A DNA stretch of 64,000 bases from Gnetum montanum (lineage: Eukaryota; Plantae; Gnetophyta). Shown piece by piece: positions 38,879 through 52,000 of this stretch. Positions within the stretch are counted from its first letter, which is position 1. Each line of letters begins with the position of its first letter. The stretch spans positions 12,155-76,154 of the forward strand of contig MNCI01001300.1 in NCBI GenBank assembly GCA_015680685.1, given 5' to 3'. Below the pieces are notes generated by a model. It saw nothing but the letters and a program-made list of their open reading frames with translations. It did not search any database and was not told the origin of the DNA. The position numbers and the translations under genes are program-made.

Positions 38879-39963
38879 TCCTTCTTCTAGCACAAGAAAA
38901 ATATTACAATTGAAAAATTCGATGCTAGAACCCTAAAAATTTTAGAGCAAAATAGTTTTAACCTCAGATCCATGAGCCTCGCAAAAAAATAGGATTTGAG
39001 GTACCTCGGACAATCTTTTCAATCACCTAGGGACTTAAAGATATATTATCAATGTATATCAAAATAAAAAATATATACAAGCCATAAATCCAAGAATGAA
39101 AACACAAAACTAAGCAATGTAATGTAATAAAACAAAGTAAAGCTGCAACTTTGTATTAATGTAAAAACAAAGGTTTAGGAAATACAAATTAGGATTATAA
39201 AAAACCTGAGAATATAAAAAAGTCCTTTGATGCCCAATGCATATAGTAGAGTGTGTTTTGCTATAGATATGCACTTTTTTTTCTCCAATCCATTCTTCAA
39301 CTTTGCTTGCTACAAGCCTACTCTACTTCAAATGGTCTACGCTAGGGGAGAAAATGGTTGTGGACTTATGAAAATGCTTTGCCCCAAAAATCTTAAGTTT
39401 AGTCAAATGCCAAAAATTCCAAAAGTCCTTAAAATGAGATAAGTTCTAATTTAAATAGGCCATGTAGGTCCTGATTCATTGTTGTTAATTTCTACCATGA
39501 TTGCTGACAAATTTTGTCACACCTAGAGCACCTTCATGTGGCATGTGAGCAAATTTAGCTGATGTTTTCCTTCCACATGTTGCTCCCACATGTCGCCCAG
39601 TGTGTGGGACTAAAATGTCCAATGTGTTGGATCAAGGCCCAAATCCCATACGCTACCCCCACACACTAGCCATCATGTGAGGCAAAGATGCCCAGCATAT
39701 GAAGTAAAAATAATGATGTTCATAGCTTGTAAGACATTTGTCATCTTTTACAAGCTAAAATATAAGGCATTTGCAACATGTGGGCTACACATCTCCATTC
39801 CTACATTTAAAACTACTTAAATTCTAATAATACAAAGCCAAAATGCAATATTTTTAGGGAAATAAGGCAATTTTATCTACCTTCATATTTCCACCAAATT
39901 ATAACAAAGGTTTTGATTGTGATCTTCACATATTACAACACGAATTTTCTTTGGGGTGTTTCA
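38879..39963 (-). repeat. Putative 5' LTR (~38902-39963) and tRNA-Asn-type PBS (38879-38895) of A
   Basis: The minus strand begins tgaaacacccc (TGTAACACCC-like) and has ggcctatttaaa near 39450. ttgtgctagaagaagga matches the PBS at 13/17 positions. No partner LTR in the window. Confidence 0.55.
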
Positions 39964-40124
39964 AACAAGGATACATCAATGGGGCTACGTCAATGCATGC
40001 CCATCAATGCAACTTATTTATGATGCTTCATCATAGTCCATGATCAAAACAATGCATTGAATACAATAGGTAAATAGTATTTATAGCATGTTCCAACCTT
40101 GGATACATCATGTTTCTACAAAAA

Positions 40125-43100
40125 TGTTCTCAAAAAGATATTATAGAACACGTCAACAAATTAGATGTTTCAATGTATGATCCACAGCCATAAATGATCT
40201 TCAAAATGATCTAGCCCTTGGAAAATCTATAATCATGAAATGAAGGGGCACAAACCTCTAACTAAATATACACTTATCCTATCAACCATGATTAGAATCG
40301 AAAAGGATATAGATAGATGATGATAAACTTAGTAATAAATTCAATGAAATACAAGTGATATAAATAAAATCTAAACAATATCAATCTACTTAGAAAGAGT
40401 AAGAAGTATAAAATAATAAATAGATGATAGATCAATTTATTAAAAGGGTTTTCATTTTTCCTTCCTAATAAATTAAAAGTGTTTTATTTGATGAAATACC
40501 AAATTTTGTCTTACATGAAGGATCAAGAGCAATAGTGTATGTGATACAAATGTGAATTTAAGCCTTGATGATTATACCTAAGTTTATGAGAAAAATAAGT
40601 AAAAATAGGATATAAATAATAAATTTTAGGATCTTACAAGTTTAGAAATGAATGGAAAGCTTGCCAGCACTATTTGAAGCTAATTTGGGATCAAAACAAG
40701 ATTTTTTCTAGGTGTTGTCCCATAGTTGATATTGGCAAGTGACATGGTGATATAGGTAGATGATGCACTGATGTTAGCAGGTGATGTAGTGATGTTGATG
40801 CTAAGGTAGGTGAAACTTTTATTAGTGTCAACATGCTCACATGTGTTGTCGATGATGCAAGAGTTAAGACTAATCTAATGGACAACATATGACATTAGGA
40901 TGACCATGAAGCATGCAATCGAAGTAGAAAACATAGATGATGACGCTCTAGATCTCCTGAAACATAGAAAGCTGCTTTGAAACTTAAGAAATTGGCAATG
41001 AACTAATGTTTGAACTTAATATTTATAAGGCTAGTGTTTCCTAAAAACATCTAGAGTCCACTATAGTTAACTAAAAGTTCATTTTTAGTAACTCCAAGTA
41101 CATGCCAAGTACTACAAGTTATTGAAAACTCCATCTTGAATTACTTTAATTGATGATGATAGATGATAAATATTTAGGGAAAAATAATTAATGATATCAT
41201 CAATAAGAATTCTATATAGATAAATCAAATTGATTTGAAAGAAATTTGATTAACATATGTAACTTTGACTTTTGACCTTCTAGATGTGATAATTTTGGAA
41301 TGTTTGAAATTTTAGAGTATGAGAAAATGAGTTATTTAAGTCTTGATAATGTATTTAATATGATGATTACCTAATACTTTGATTGTAATGATGGTTGTGT
41401 TGATGGATTGATAATTGAAAATGGAAGTTAATACTAGCAATGGTTGCATAAATAAGAGAAGAGAACAATACAAAAGTTATGAAATTACAAAAAATCAAAC
41501 TTTATTGCCTTCACAATAGATAATTTCATTCATGTGCGATCCTAAAATTTATAAGAACTAATTCGGGTCATACTTGGAAAAATTAAGAAGTCATTACCCA
41601 TAGTGAAAATAAAGAAATTTATGCAAAATAAAGGTGAGTTGGAACCATAATAGTTTATATCCATCCATCAACTAGAAATAAATAAAAATAATTTAATTTT
41701 GTATACATTTTTCTTCATGTGGATAGAACATTAGACACTATGTATCAACACAAGTGATGCTGATGACACAAGTGCATAATGTAGTGACTTTGACACTACA
41801 TTATCATCACTTGCGTCAACACAAGTTGATACCTTGCACTCCAAATTATCAACTTTGAATACTAGGGATCACCATCAGTGGTTTTACTAATGTCAAGTGT
41901 CACCAAGATGGTGTTAAATGTATACTAAGGAATACAAGGGGTCAAAAATGTCATTCAAAGTCAAGTTTCTACATGATGGTACATACGTGATGTTGGTAGG
42001 TGATGCTAATATAGCATCATGAAGTTAGAACATTATATTATGTGCCTTCCAAAGTTTCTAGAATCACAAAAACTAATTTCCATCACCTCAGGGATAATGT
42101 AGACTAATTGTGGAAGGTTCAATAGGGAAAAAATTGGGTTCATAAGATCATTTCTTTATGTTGTAAGTGTAGGTGATATTATTAGGTGACATTGATGCTA
42201 AGTTAGCATCACTTGGGTGAAACTTTCCATTTTGGACCTCTAAAAGGTATTAGAACTATTGTAACTAATGTCTATCCTCTAGGGCATGGTTAGGATCAAT
42301 ATCAAAAGCTCCTAGAAGCTGAAAATTATGTTAGGAATGATGATTTTGTGGGTATTTTGCTAAGCCAAATAGATGTATGATTATTGAGACCACACTTATC
42401 CTAGATGCTGAAGTATCAAAAAAAGTGGATGCAACATTGCCTCCTCTTGATGGATGATACTAAGATTTCAAAGGAGGATCCATCAAGAAGAAAATGGATG
42501 ATGATTTGATGATGTACTTGCAAAAGAAGGGAAGAAAAAAAGTAGGATGGTGGAAGAATATTAGAATATTTCCAATACACCAATCATGAGGATGATGTTG
42601 TGCCACATAGAGGGGATAGAGCTAAAGCTTACCCACAAGATGGCTGAATGAACGTCATTGATAATATGCTCAACATGTTCCACTCAAACTCTTAACACAT
42701 CCTCAATGAAATAAAATAAAATTTCTTAATTCTCCTTATTGTACATGTTGATATGAAGGAACATACATAGCAGGATGAGTTAGAGAAAGAAGAGATAATC
42801 AAGCAAGAGAAAATATGAGATATAGAACTCAAAAATCAAGAAAACAATGAATTAGAATGAAATAAGAGACATCACCCATACACAATGTTGAAGTGTCATG
42901 CCATAGAAATGAAGCACAACTAGATCCCACTCTCTTATGATATCGATAGCTGATAAATTTAATAAATTCTCTTCCTATCCCACTCAAGCTTAATACAACC
43001 TCACATGGAGTAATACCAATACAATAATCATAGCTATGAGGTACATTACTTGTAAACATCCTCATCATAATGTGTTAATAATAATGAGAGAAAAGAACTA

Positions 43101-45990
43101 GATAGATAGAAAGTTAAAGGAAGAAATAGAAAAAGTAGAGATAAAAAGGTAGATGATGAAGTAAGATAGTAAAGTGAAATCAAATAGTTAAGAAAAGAGA
43201 GAACAAAATGTTAGGGATATCATCAATACACCTATGGTGAAGTGCTATCAATACACCTATGGTGAAGTGCTATGCCACAAAAATGAGACAACTAAATTGA
43301 GGAGAAGTATAATGTGAAGTTAAATCAATTACATGTAGGATTGCAAAAGATTGAAAAATATATTTATGAAAATGATTTGATGATAGCAAAATTAATAATA
43401 ATATATCCATTAAAAAGGAAGAATGTGGATGAGCAAGCTACTAAGTAGTCTATGTTATTTGCTAATGAGGATAGGTGTTTATAACCAAAGGTTTTTTGGG
43501 TATTACTAATGAAACAAAGATAGATGATTGATCATTAATAGATATGAGTGAAGGGGTGTTGATGTTAGGATCAAGAATAGTAGTAATCTCTTCATCCTTG
43601 AAAAGGGAAGTAACTTCCTAGGGAGTGGTTGAAGAAATTTTAGGATGAAGGAGCCTATGATAAATGTTTAAGATGATTTTCTTTAAGAAATAGAATAATT
43701 TGAAGTAAAGATATCCTTTAAAGTTTGATATGGTACTTAATCATTTTGTATCAATATAGAAGTGATATTGAAGAGGGATTGATCTACCTCCTTTAATCTA
43801 ATAGTAGAAGAATCTTGAGTAAAGTGCAAAAAAAATAGAAGAAAAGGAAACATGTACCTTCTTCTTCTTTGAATGTTGTTTCAACCTACATTTGTGTTTG
43901 CTTTGATAAGTGCTTGAAGAAACTTCTTTGCTTGAAACTTGAGACAAAGGATATAGCTAACTCTTTGTTGTGATAGAGTATATGAAGCAAAGAATCAAGG
44001 GATGATCTTGCATATGGGATAGCCATGGGTAGGATTCGAGATATTTTTGGTTTAGAAGTTAGCTTATAGTGTGGAGGATGATTCATGATATACATTATTA
44101 TGTTAAAGAATTAAAACCTAAAATTGATGGAGGTTGCTTGTTATTATATATATCAATAGATGAAGAAGGTGTTGCAAGAGAATGCATGCTAATAAAAAAG
44201 GACTAATTTTGCTCTAATTTACCTTTCTATTCTAGACAAAAGGCTATAATAGTACTACTACTAGGGTGAAGAGATTAGTAGAGTTGGAATGAAAAGAAAT
44301 ATTGCAATGTTATAATCCTATCAATTTGATATTTAATAGTTTAAAGATATGAATTCATGTTCTACATGAAGAATAGAAGCCAATGTGGTATATCAAATAT
44401 GTTGGATAAGGATTAAACTTATGAGTGATATCATGTATTAGAAGTAGTTGATTTAGGGAAACTTGGCTAAGGTAATGTAGAGGAACTAGCTCCAGGATTA
44501 GAAACTAAGTTTTAGGGGTTAGAATTAGGATTATCATGTTAATAAGTTTGATGATATGGATTAGATGTGGGAGATAATGATGTGGATGTAGTGAATGCAA
44601 TGGTTGATTACTAGGATTAACTACAAAAATTGAGATGCCTAATAAGACATCTAATATCTTCTTCAACGAGGAAGATAGGACTTTCATGATTAGGTAAAAA
44701 TGAAAGGAGATTATATGCAGCATTAAACTCAACCATTTTCTTAAGGATATCAATAGAAAGAAAAACATCCATTTTACTAATAGCATAAGAGATTGTGTAA
44801 GTACATTCTATCATTTGAGAAGAATATGTCATTTTTTCTCGTAAAAGTTCTTAAATGGCAATATCTTAATTGAAATTTGTTGATGATAAAATGCAAAATA
44901 GATGCTACCAAAATAATGTTTGAATAAAAAATTGTAAAAAATATAAAATGCAAAAATAGAAATCCTTTTAGTGTTTTCTTAATGAACAAAATGTAGAAAA
45001 AGAAAAATGCAAGAAAATTGAGATTTGTGTAAAGGATGTAAAGAGTATAGAGATTATAGTGATTGCAGTGATGTGACATAAAGAAATTAAAATAAAAGCA
45101 TGTAAAATATGTAAATAAAATGCTAAAAGGATTATAATAATGAAGAGATTACTAGAGGTATGAAGCTAATGATGACTAAAAGCAAACAAGACATGTTAAT
45201 CTCTACCTTCAACCTACACTAATGCAACGTAGGGAGAAGATATAAGAATCTTTAATAAAGAGAGGTAAAAACTAGAAAATACCTATTAACTTTAGGATAA
45301 ATATGACATACTAGAAAGTTAAAAAGTCCTATTTTTCACATAAAAAATAATCCTCCAAAAATGTTCTCTCATAACTCTATAAAAACATCTCAAACCACAC
45401 ATTTTGGTGTATGATCCATGGTTGTGAATAATCTTCAAAACAACCTACCCCTCGATTAATCAACAATTATGAAACAAATGGGCATGAACGTCTAATTAAA
45501 TACAAACTTGGTCTATCAACCATGATTAGAATCAAAAGGGATATAAATCAATGATGATAAACTTAACAATGAATTCGATGAAATATAAGTGATACAAATA
45601 AGATCTAAGTGATGTAAATCTACTTAGAAAGAGAAAGAAGTGCAAAACAATTAAGATATTAGAGATTGAAATGTAAGAAGAATTTGGGTTTTTCCTTCCC
45701 AAAAAATGAAAAGTGTTTTATTTAATGAAATAATGAAGTTTACCTCCTATGGCGGATCAAAATCTATAGTGCAAGTGATAAAAATGGAAATTTAAAACTT
45801 GATGATTAGACCTTAGTTTATGAGAAAAAATAGGATAAAATAGGGTGAAAATGATGAATTTTAGTTCCTTATGGTTTCATAGATAAATAGAAATCTTACC
45901 AATGCTAATTATAGCTGATTCAAGGTAAAATAGAATTCAGTGTAGGTGACATTAGTAGGTAACACAGTCATGCTAGAAAGCAACACAATA
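40125..45990 (-). mobile_element. Element D: heavily degraded LTR element with gag-like remnant and no pol detected
   Basis: Diverged direct repeats at 40125-~40750 and 45362-~45990, both starting tgttctc and sharing atcaaccatgattagaatc and aatctacttagaaagag. Minus-strand gag-like 'LASILHVEHEF..FKLL' near 44330-44385. Confidence 0.6.
43222..43271. repeat. Perfect 25-bp tandem duplication
   Basis: atcaatacacctatggtgaagtgct x2. Confidence 0.95.
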
Positions 45991-46899
45991 ATGCTAACAC
46001 TAGTCTATTTTACCTATATAAATGAACCACCTGCTATATTTATGAAATCATTAGATCATTTAGTGTAGGAAAGCTCTTGTAGTTTTCTTCCATAAAACTT
46101 AACTTTAGTCAACAAGTGCTCATAGAGTGGTTTAAAGTAATTATATGGAGTCCTTATTCAAGTTTCATGTACCTAGAAATAATATATAATTGACAATAAA
46201 AACCAAGATTATTTCATTCCATTGCAACATTCTGACTTATGATAGAATTGACTTCAATGCAATTCTTTTATATGTCCATAACTTAATGTTTATTTTAATA
46301 TTCATTTAATCAATATCTATTTTGGAAATGAACATTAGAAATGTTGAATGAGTATGACAAACTTCAAATATAAATACATTACCCTTTGATAATCCCATCA
46401 GTATTCATACTTGGTATGTCCAATAATGCACCCTTAACAATCCAACAATGGTAGTGTAAGTTCAAGATATGTATGGTAAGTTGGAAATGGATGTTCATCA
46501 CTTAGGCTAGAATAGAATTAAATTTCTACATTGAAATTGACTAAATTAAATTTTAATATTTTAATCATAAGTGTTACAACATCAAGATATTATGTTTAAG
46601 TTATACTTAAACATATGCATTAAGACCACACGAGTATAGCTAGGAAGATAATGACATCAAATCATGTTTAACAATCTAAGTACATTTCTAGTCCTATCCC
46701 TCAATTCATACATGAATGCCTATGATTTGTATGGTTGGATGTAGGAGATACTTGCTACTCATCATTGGTACTGTTATCACAAACTTGATCTTGATGATCT
46801 AGATTAGTTAGATCATTCACAATTATTATTAAGACTTAATGATTTACTACTTATGAAATAATATTATTTTATTAATATGCACAAAATAACACAACATGT

Positions 46900-49072
46900 C
46901 TTCTTCTCATAGAGTTAATTTATGACCTATTGATGATTCTACTAAGGGATGTGATAGAACAACCAATAGCAAGGATGAAGTACCTTATCAACTAAAGGTA
47001 ATCTATCAACATCTAAACCCTTATTATCCAAACTCCACATTCATTCTTCACCAAGATGAAAAAATTTAATGAAGGATTTTGAAAGGTAATATTTTCTTGC
47101 CACCTACTCATTCAACTTCATCAATGCTCATAGAAGTATTAATGCTCATATGGATACTATGTCCAATAGTCTATGTCTCCAAGTGGTTCTACTACTTAAG
47201 CTCCTACTCATCATCACTATCTTGGTGATTTCCATAGACTAGTTACTTAATGGACTAAATCTTCACCATACATTCTACATCCTCAAAAACACTTCCAATC
47301 ACATAATCTAACTCATTTTTCACCTATTCCCTTGCCTATGCAAGATGAGATTCCTTCCTAGCCATAACAAAGAAATACTACTCAATTTGGAAATGTGCAA
47401 GTGGATGAAAGTTTAAGTAATTTCAAGCATAAACCCTAATAACACCTGGTCTTTAAACCTATGATTCCACCTAAATTCATGCAAGAATATGTGGTTGTGG
47501 ATACCACACCAACATCAGCATCCTTCCATATCTATGAAAATCCACCTTTAAAGCAAAGCATGAATGTGCATACTATCATGTTGATCCATGTCATTATTGA
47601 TTAGATTAAAGTAGGTAATCTTCCCAAGAAGAGAAATAATCTTGGAAGTACCTTAATTTAATTATATATTATAAGAAATGCACCATGAAAAGCTCTAATA
47701 AACTTAAGTTTCGAAGTTAACTTCATCTCCCAAGAGATGTACAATCTTTAGAACCTACCACCACTCAAAACGTGCAAGAACATATTGGAGTTTCCAAACT
47801 AGTCCATCACTATTCCTTTGGTATAGGTAGAGGACATTATGACCATCATCAATGGTTGGTTGTACCTAATATATTTCTTCATTATCCATGTAGACAGCTA
47901 CAAAGGAAGTTTTTCATCATTATGAGAAGGGCTTGGCTAAGCACCATTGGAGCTAGGCTTGAAATCAAAGACCTATTCTTGAGAATCTTTAAGAAAATAA
48001 ACATGACTAGATCAAGAAGAAGAGAGTTCCATACATTGCGTATAATAACACAGCGTGTAAAATGTAGAGAGTTTGCACAGCTAGATAGAGAAACATCACA
48101 ACATCCAGTTTTGTAAAGAGAATGTATGTGTCCAAAATTTTCTATACATAGCAACCATTAGGCATAACACCACCCAATGGTTAATAGTAGCTGAAAGCTA
48201 CCAATCATCAATTTACATGAAATTAGAAAAAGCACTCAGTATCTCATATGTACAAAATATGGATTAGATAAAATAGATATAATAACAACTCTTCTAGGAA
48301 GGACATGTAAAGAAGATAATGATTAGGGAGAGTTGAAAATGTTAGAAGAACTTGTATCTAAACCAATTAAACTGAAAACATTACCATATTCATAAGAGTG
48401 TGTTTTTCTTAAATGGAAGTTAACAAAAGAGTAAATAATTAAGTTAGTTAAATTGTGAACAAATGGATAGGAACCTTTTATTTGCTCATATAATAAGATA
48501 ACAAGTGATGAATCGTGCTTCGTTAGTCCCCGATATTGCACCTGAGATATCGAGTACGCGATATTGTGGCCTGGCTCACAATATTGGATACACGATATCA
48601 AGGTTCCCGTGTGAGCCTATAAATACACAATGGGGCACATGGGAAAGAAATAGGAAGTTAGTGTTAGAGTAGGATCTTTTTGTCAATTTTTCCTCTCAAC
48701 CCTTTTTCCCCAGTGCATGCCCACAATGTGATGATTGTAATTGTATGGCACCTTTATTCGAGTGTGACATACTTGGAGACACACATGACTGGAAATAAAG
48801 ATCAACATTACTTCATCATTACAACATTCACTTAGTTTAATTATTTAATTGTTATTATTATTTATTTCTTTCATAGTTAATATCTCTTCACCCTAAACTC
48901 CTTAAATGCAGAATGAGTACGACTTAATCATGAGCATTCAAATGTGACTATTTGGTACCCCAGTAGCATACCTAGGCCATGCGCTTGGTGATCCTAGTGG
49001 TAGTCATGCACGAGGTCCAAGATGCGTATGGATGATTAAGAAACGTATTCCCATTGCACTTAGGCTATCTTA

Positions 49073-49106
<34 letters not shown>

Positions 49107-52000
49107 GTCCTATTAGCTTAACTCTCTCTCTCTCCCTTTTCCCTCCTAGTTAAATTAAAGTTACTTTCTATTGCCTCTAGGAGTAGCACTAGGATAGAAA
49201 TCATATCATACACTTCACTCTGGACTAAACCATACATGACAAAGTATATACTAGTCTAGGTGGGAAGATAGTAGACTGTGATCAATGAGTAACTATCTAG
49301 ATACCACAACTAGCCCATCTGCAAAGTTCAACCGAATCATGTGTGAAACGCTCGTATTCATATGGTTGAGTGTAGGGGTACCTCACCACTCATCATTAAG
49401 AATAGGTTCATGGATATGCCAAGATAAATTCTACGTATATCCTGCCATTAAGCCTAAACACCAACCATAGCCCATGTTAAATATAACGCTTAAAAGTTGT
49501 AAAACATGAGATTAAAAAGCTTTTGAAGGTTGAATTCATCTATCCTATTGTGGCTAGTAAGTAGGTTATCCCAATAGTGATTATGCTAAAGAAAAAGAGC
49601 TAATTATGGATCTACATAAAAGTTAGGCTATTAAACATGGCAACATTCCAGGATCACTTTCTATTATCATTTAATAATCAAGTATTAGAAATCATACCAG
49701 GATACAAATATTATAGCTTTCTTGGATGGTTATAGTGACTATAATCAAATTCAAATTGCACTTTAAAACCAAGCCAAAATAATATTCACAAGTCTCTAGG
49801 TAACTTTTTCTAAAAAAGGATGTTATTTGGATTATGCAATGCTCCTTTTACCTTCCAATGTTTGGTCATGAGCATCTTCCGAAAGTAGATTGAAAATGGT
49901 ATTAAATATTCATGGATGAATTTTCCACCTACAAGTCAAACTTCCAAAAGGTACTAGATTAATTAGAGAAAGTACTGAAAAGTTCCATGGAGATAAATTT
50001 AAAACTCAACTAGCAAGAAAGTCACCTCATGATCTAGAAAGCCATTATTCTTGGGTGTAACATATTATAAAAAGACATTGAAGTTAATCCAAAAATGATC
50101 AAGATATTTCAAGATATCACATAGAGATCTCAAACAATGAAAGATGTGAGGTCATTCCCTAGACATATAGGTATTATCGATGCTTCATTAATAATGTTTC
50201 CAAGATTTCAAAGCCATTAGTAACACTTATAAATAATTATGCATCCTTTTTTGATCAAATAACTATGAGAAGACATTTAAACTCCTTAAGCAAAGCCTTG
50301 TAGAAACAACAGTTCTACCAACTCCTAATTGATCATGGTCTTTTCATATCATAATAGATGCATCTAATTACATCTTGGGGATATGCTTACACAATTAGAT
50401 AACATAAATTATCCATACCATATCCATTGTACAAGTAGGAGCATGCATTACTAGTGCACATCTCAACTACACCACTACTAAAAAGAAGTTGCTAGTTGTG
50501 GTGTACATGGAAGGGAAGTTTAGGTACTATATGTTGGGACATCTAGTATTTATGCACATTGATCACAATGCAATCTAGTTCCTAATGAATAAACCAACAA
50601 TAAGCCCTCAAATCATTCAATGACTAGTGATCCTATAAGAGTATAACACCACAATTATTGAAAATAAGGAAAAAAATTAAGTAAAAAATCATTTATCTAG
50701 ACTAATATGGAATAATAAGATTGATGCAGAGTCTTTATTAGATTTATTTTCTAATTTTCCTTTATTTTTAAAGGCTAATATGATATCCTGATCAGCAACT
50801 AGCCCTTGGTTTGCTAATTACCTCATATATTTAAAGGATGAAAATGTCCCTCCTAAATAAAATAAACACAAGACTCAACAACCTACATCAAGCTAAAAAA
50901 TTTATAGAAATAAAAGAAAATCTTTAAAAAATTTACACTAATGGCTTGATGCATTTGTATGTTCTTAAAGTCTTGATGGCCAACTAAAGAACTCTTAAAA
51001 TCTTGATGGCTAATTACTTTTGGTCAACACTCTTCTACAATGTGCATTATTTTGTAATGTCTTAGGAGCACTGCCAATATGATGGTAGGATATCAACATG
51101 TTTTGAGGGATCACAATAGTGGATACAATCACTAGAGCCTCTTAATCTATGGGAAATTGAATTCATGGTTTCTATCACCCCTTCCTTAAATGGTAAATCC
51201 TACATAATTATTATTCTAGACTACTACACAAAGTGGTCTGAAGTAATTGATTACATTACAGTGACTATTGCTAAATATTTTAAGTAGCTTCTAGTAAATA
51301 AATTTGATGTGCCATGAGTACTAATATCTAATAATGGAACATACTTCACAAGGTTAAGTTTTGAAAGTATGATGTAATGCTTAGAAGTGGAACATAAGCT
51401 AACTATACCATACCATTCCTAAGACAATGCACAATCCAAAATCACAAACTAGGAGATAACCTACTTGATAACACATATAGTTAGTAAATATTAGAAGGAG
51501 TGGAGTGTTAAATTCATCAATGCTCTTTGGGCTTATAGGTCAACCTAGAAACTTCCTATCAGTTATTCTCCCTATGATCTAGTGTATGGAAAATTACCTA
51601 AACTACTCTTCAAGAAAAACTCTATATACTCAACACAACATATGACTCAAACTTGGACCTTACCTTAGCATAATGTGAGAGATTAATGAACTTGAATATG
51701 CTCACTGAGAATAGAATGATAGCCCTCTTGCATAATGAAGTCCATAAAGCCTATAATAAGCAAATGCATGATCTTAGGATTCAACACCTACACCTTCAAC
51801 CACATCACATAGTTCTTTATTATAACACAAATCATGTACCTCAACGTACTATATTTTAGATACCTTGATAAGGAACCTACATAGTTCTTATAGTTTATAG
51901 GTTTTATGTCCTTCAAATTTATCACCAGTCAAATCCACAAAAGCTAATCCTAGTTGTCATATAATAGATAAAGCCACTCTGTAAACCCTATGAAACCAAT
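46900..52000 (+). pseudogene. gag-pol remnant of E (interrupted at 48506-49395)
   Basis: 'VKHEIKKLLKVEFIYPI' (~49500), 'MLFGLCNAPFTFQ' (~49820), RH 'IIDASNY..NYTTTKKKLLVVVY' (50350-50510), INT 'ILDYYTKWSE' (~51215). Confidence 0.88.
48506..49395 (+). mobile_element. Solo LTR, TGATGA...CTCATCA family, inserted in E pol; contains (CT)n
   Basis: Homologous along its length to 17018-17893. Flanks acaag/ttaag are only a partial TSD. Confidence 0.88.

Larger units (their letters stand above)
1..39963 (-). mobile_element. Element A: large Ty3/Gypsy Tat-clade LTR retrotransposon (LTR-gag-PR ... RT-RH-aRH-INT), interrupted by B, C and solo LTRs; runs off the window start
   Basis: Same-strand, correctly ordered domains. 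Reading frames rejoin across the B and C insertion sites. A palindromic motif (consensus CCCACGCG..GCCCAGCGCGTGGG) is shared between 39580-39690 and 3750-4175. Assigning both halves to one element is inference. Confidence 0.6.

Noticed and set aside
46004-46008. TCTAT as TSD of element E (matching 57161-57165)
   Set aside because: The same tctat occurs at the homologous position of the 3' LTR (~55422), so it is LTR sequence and not a reliable TSD.
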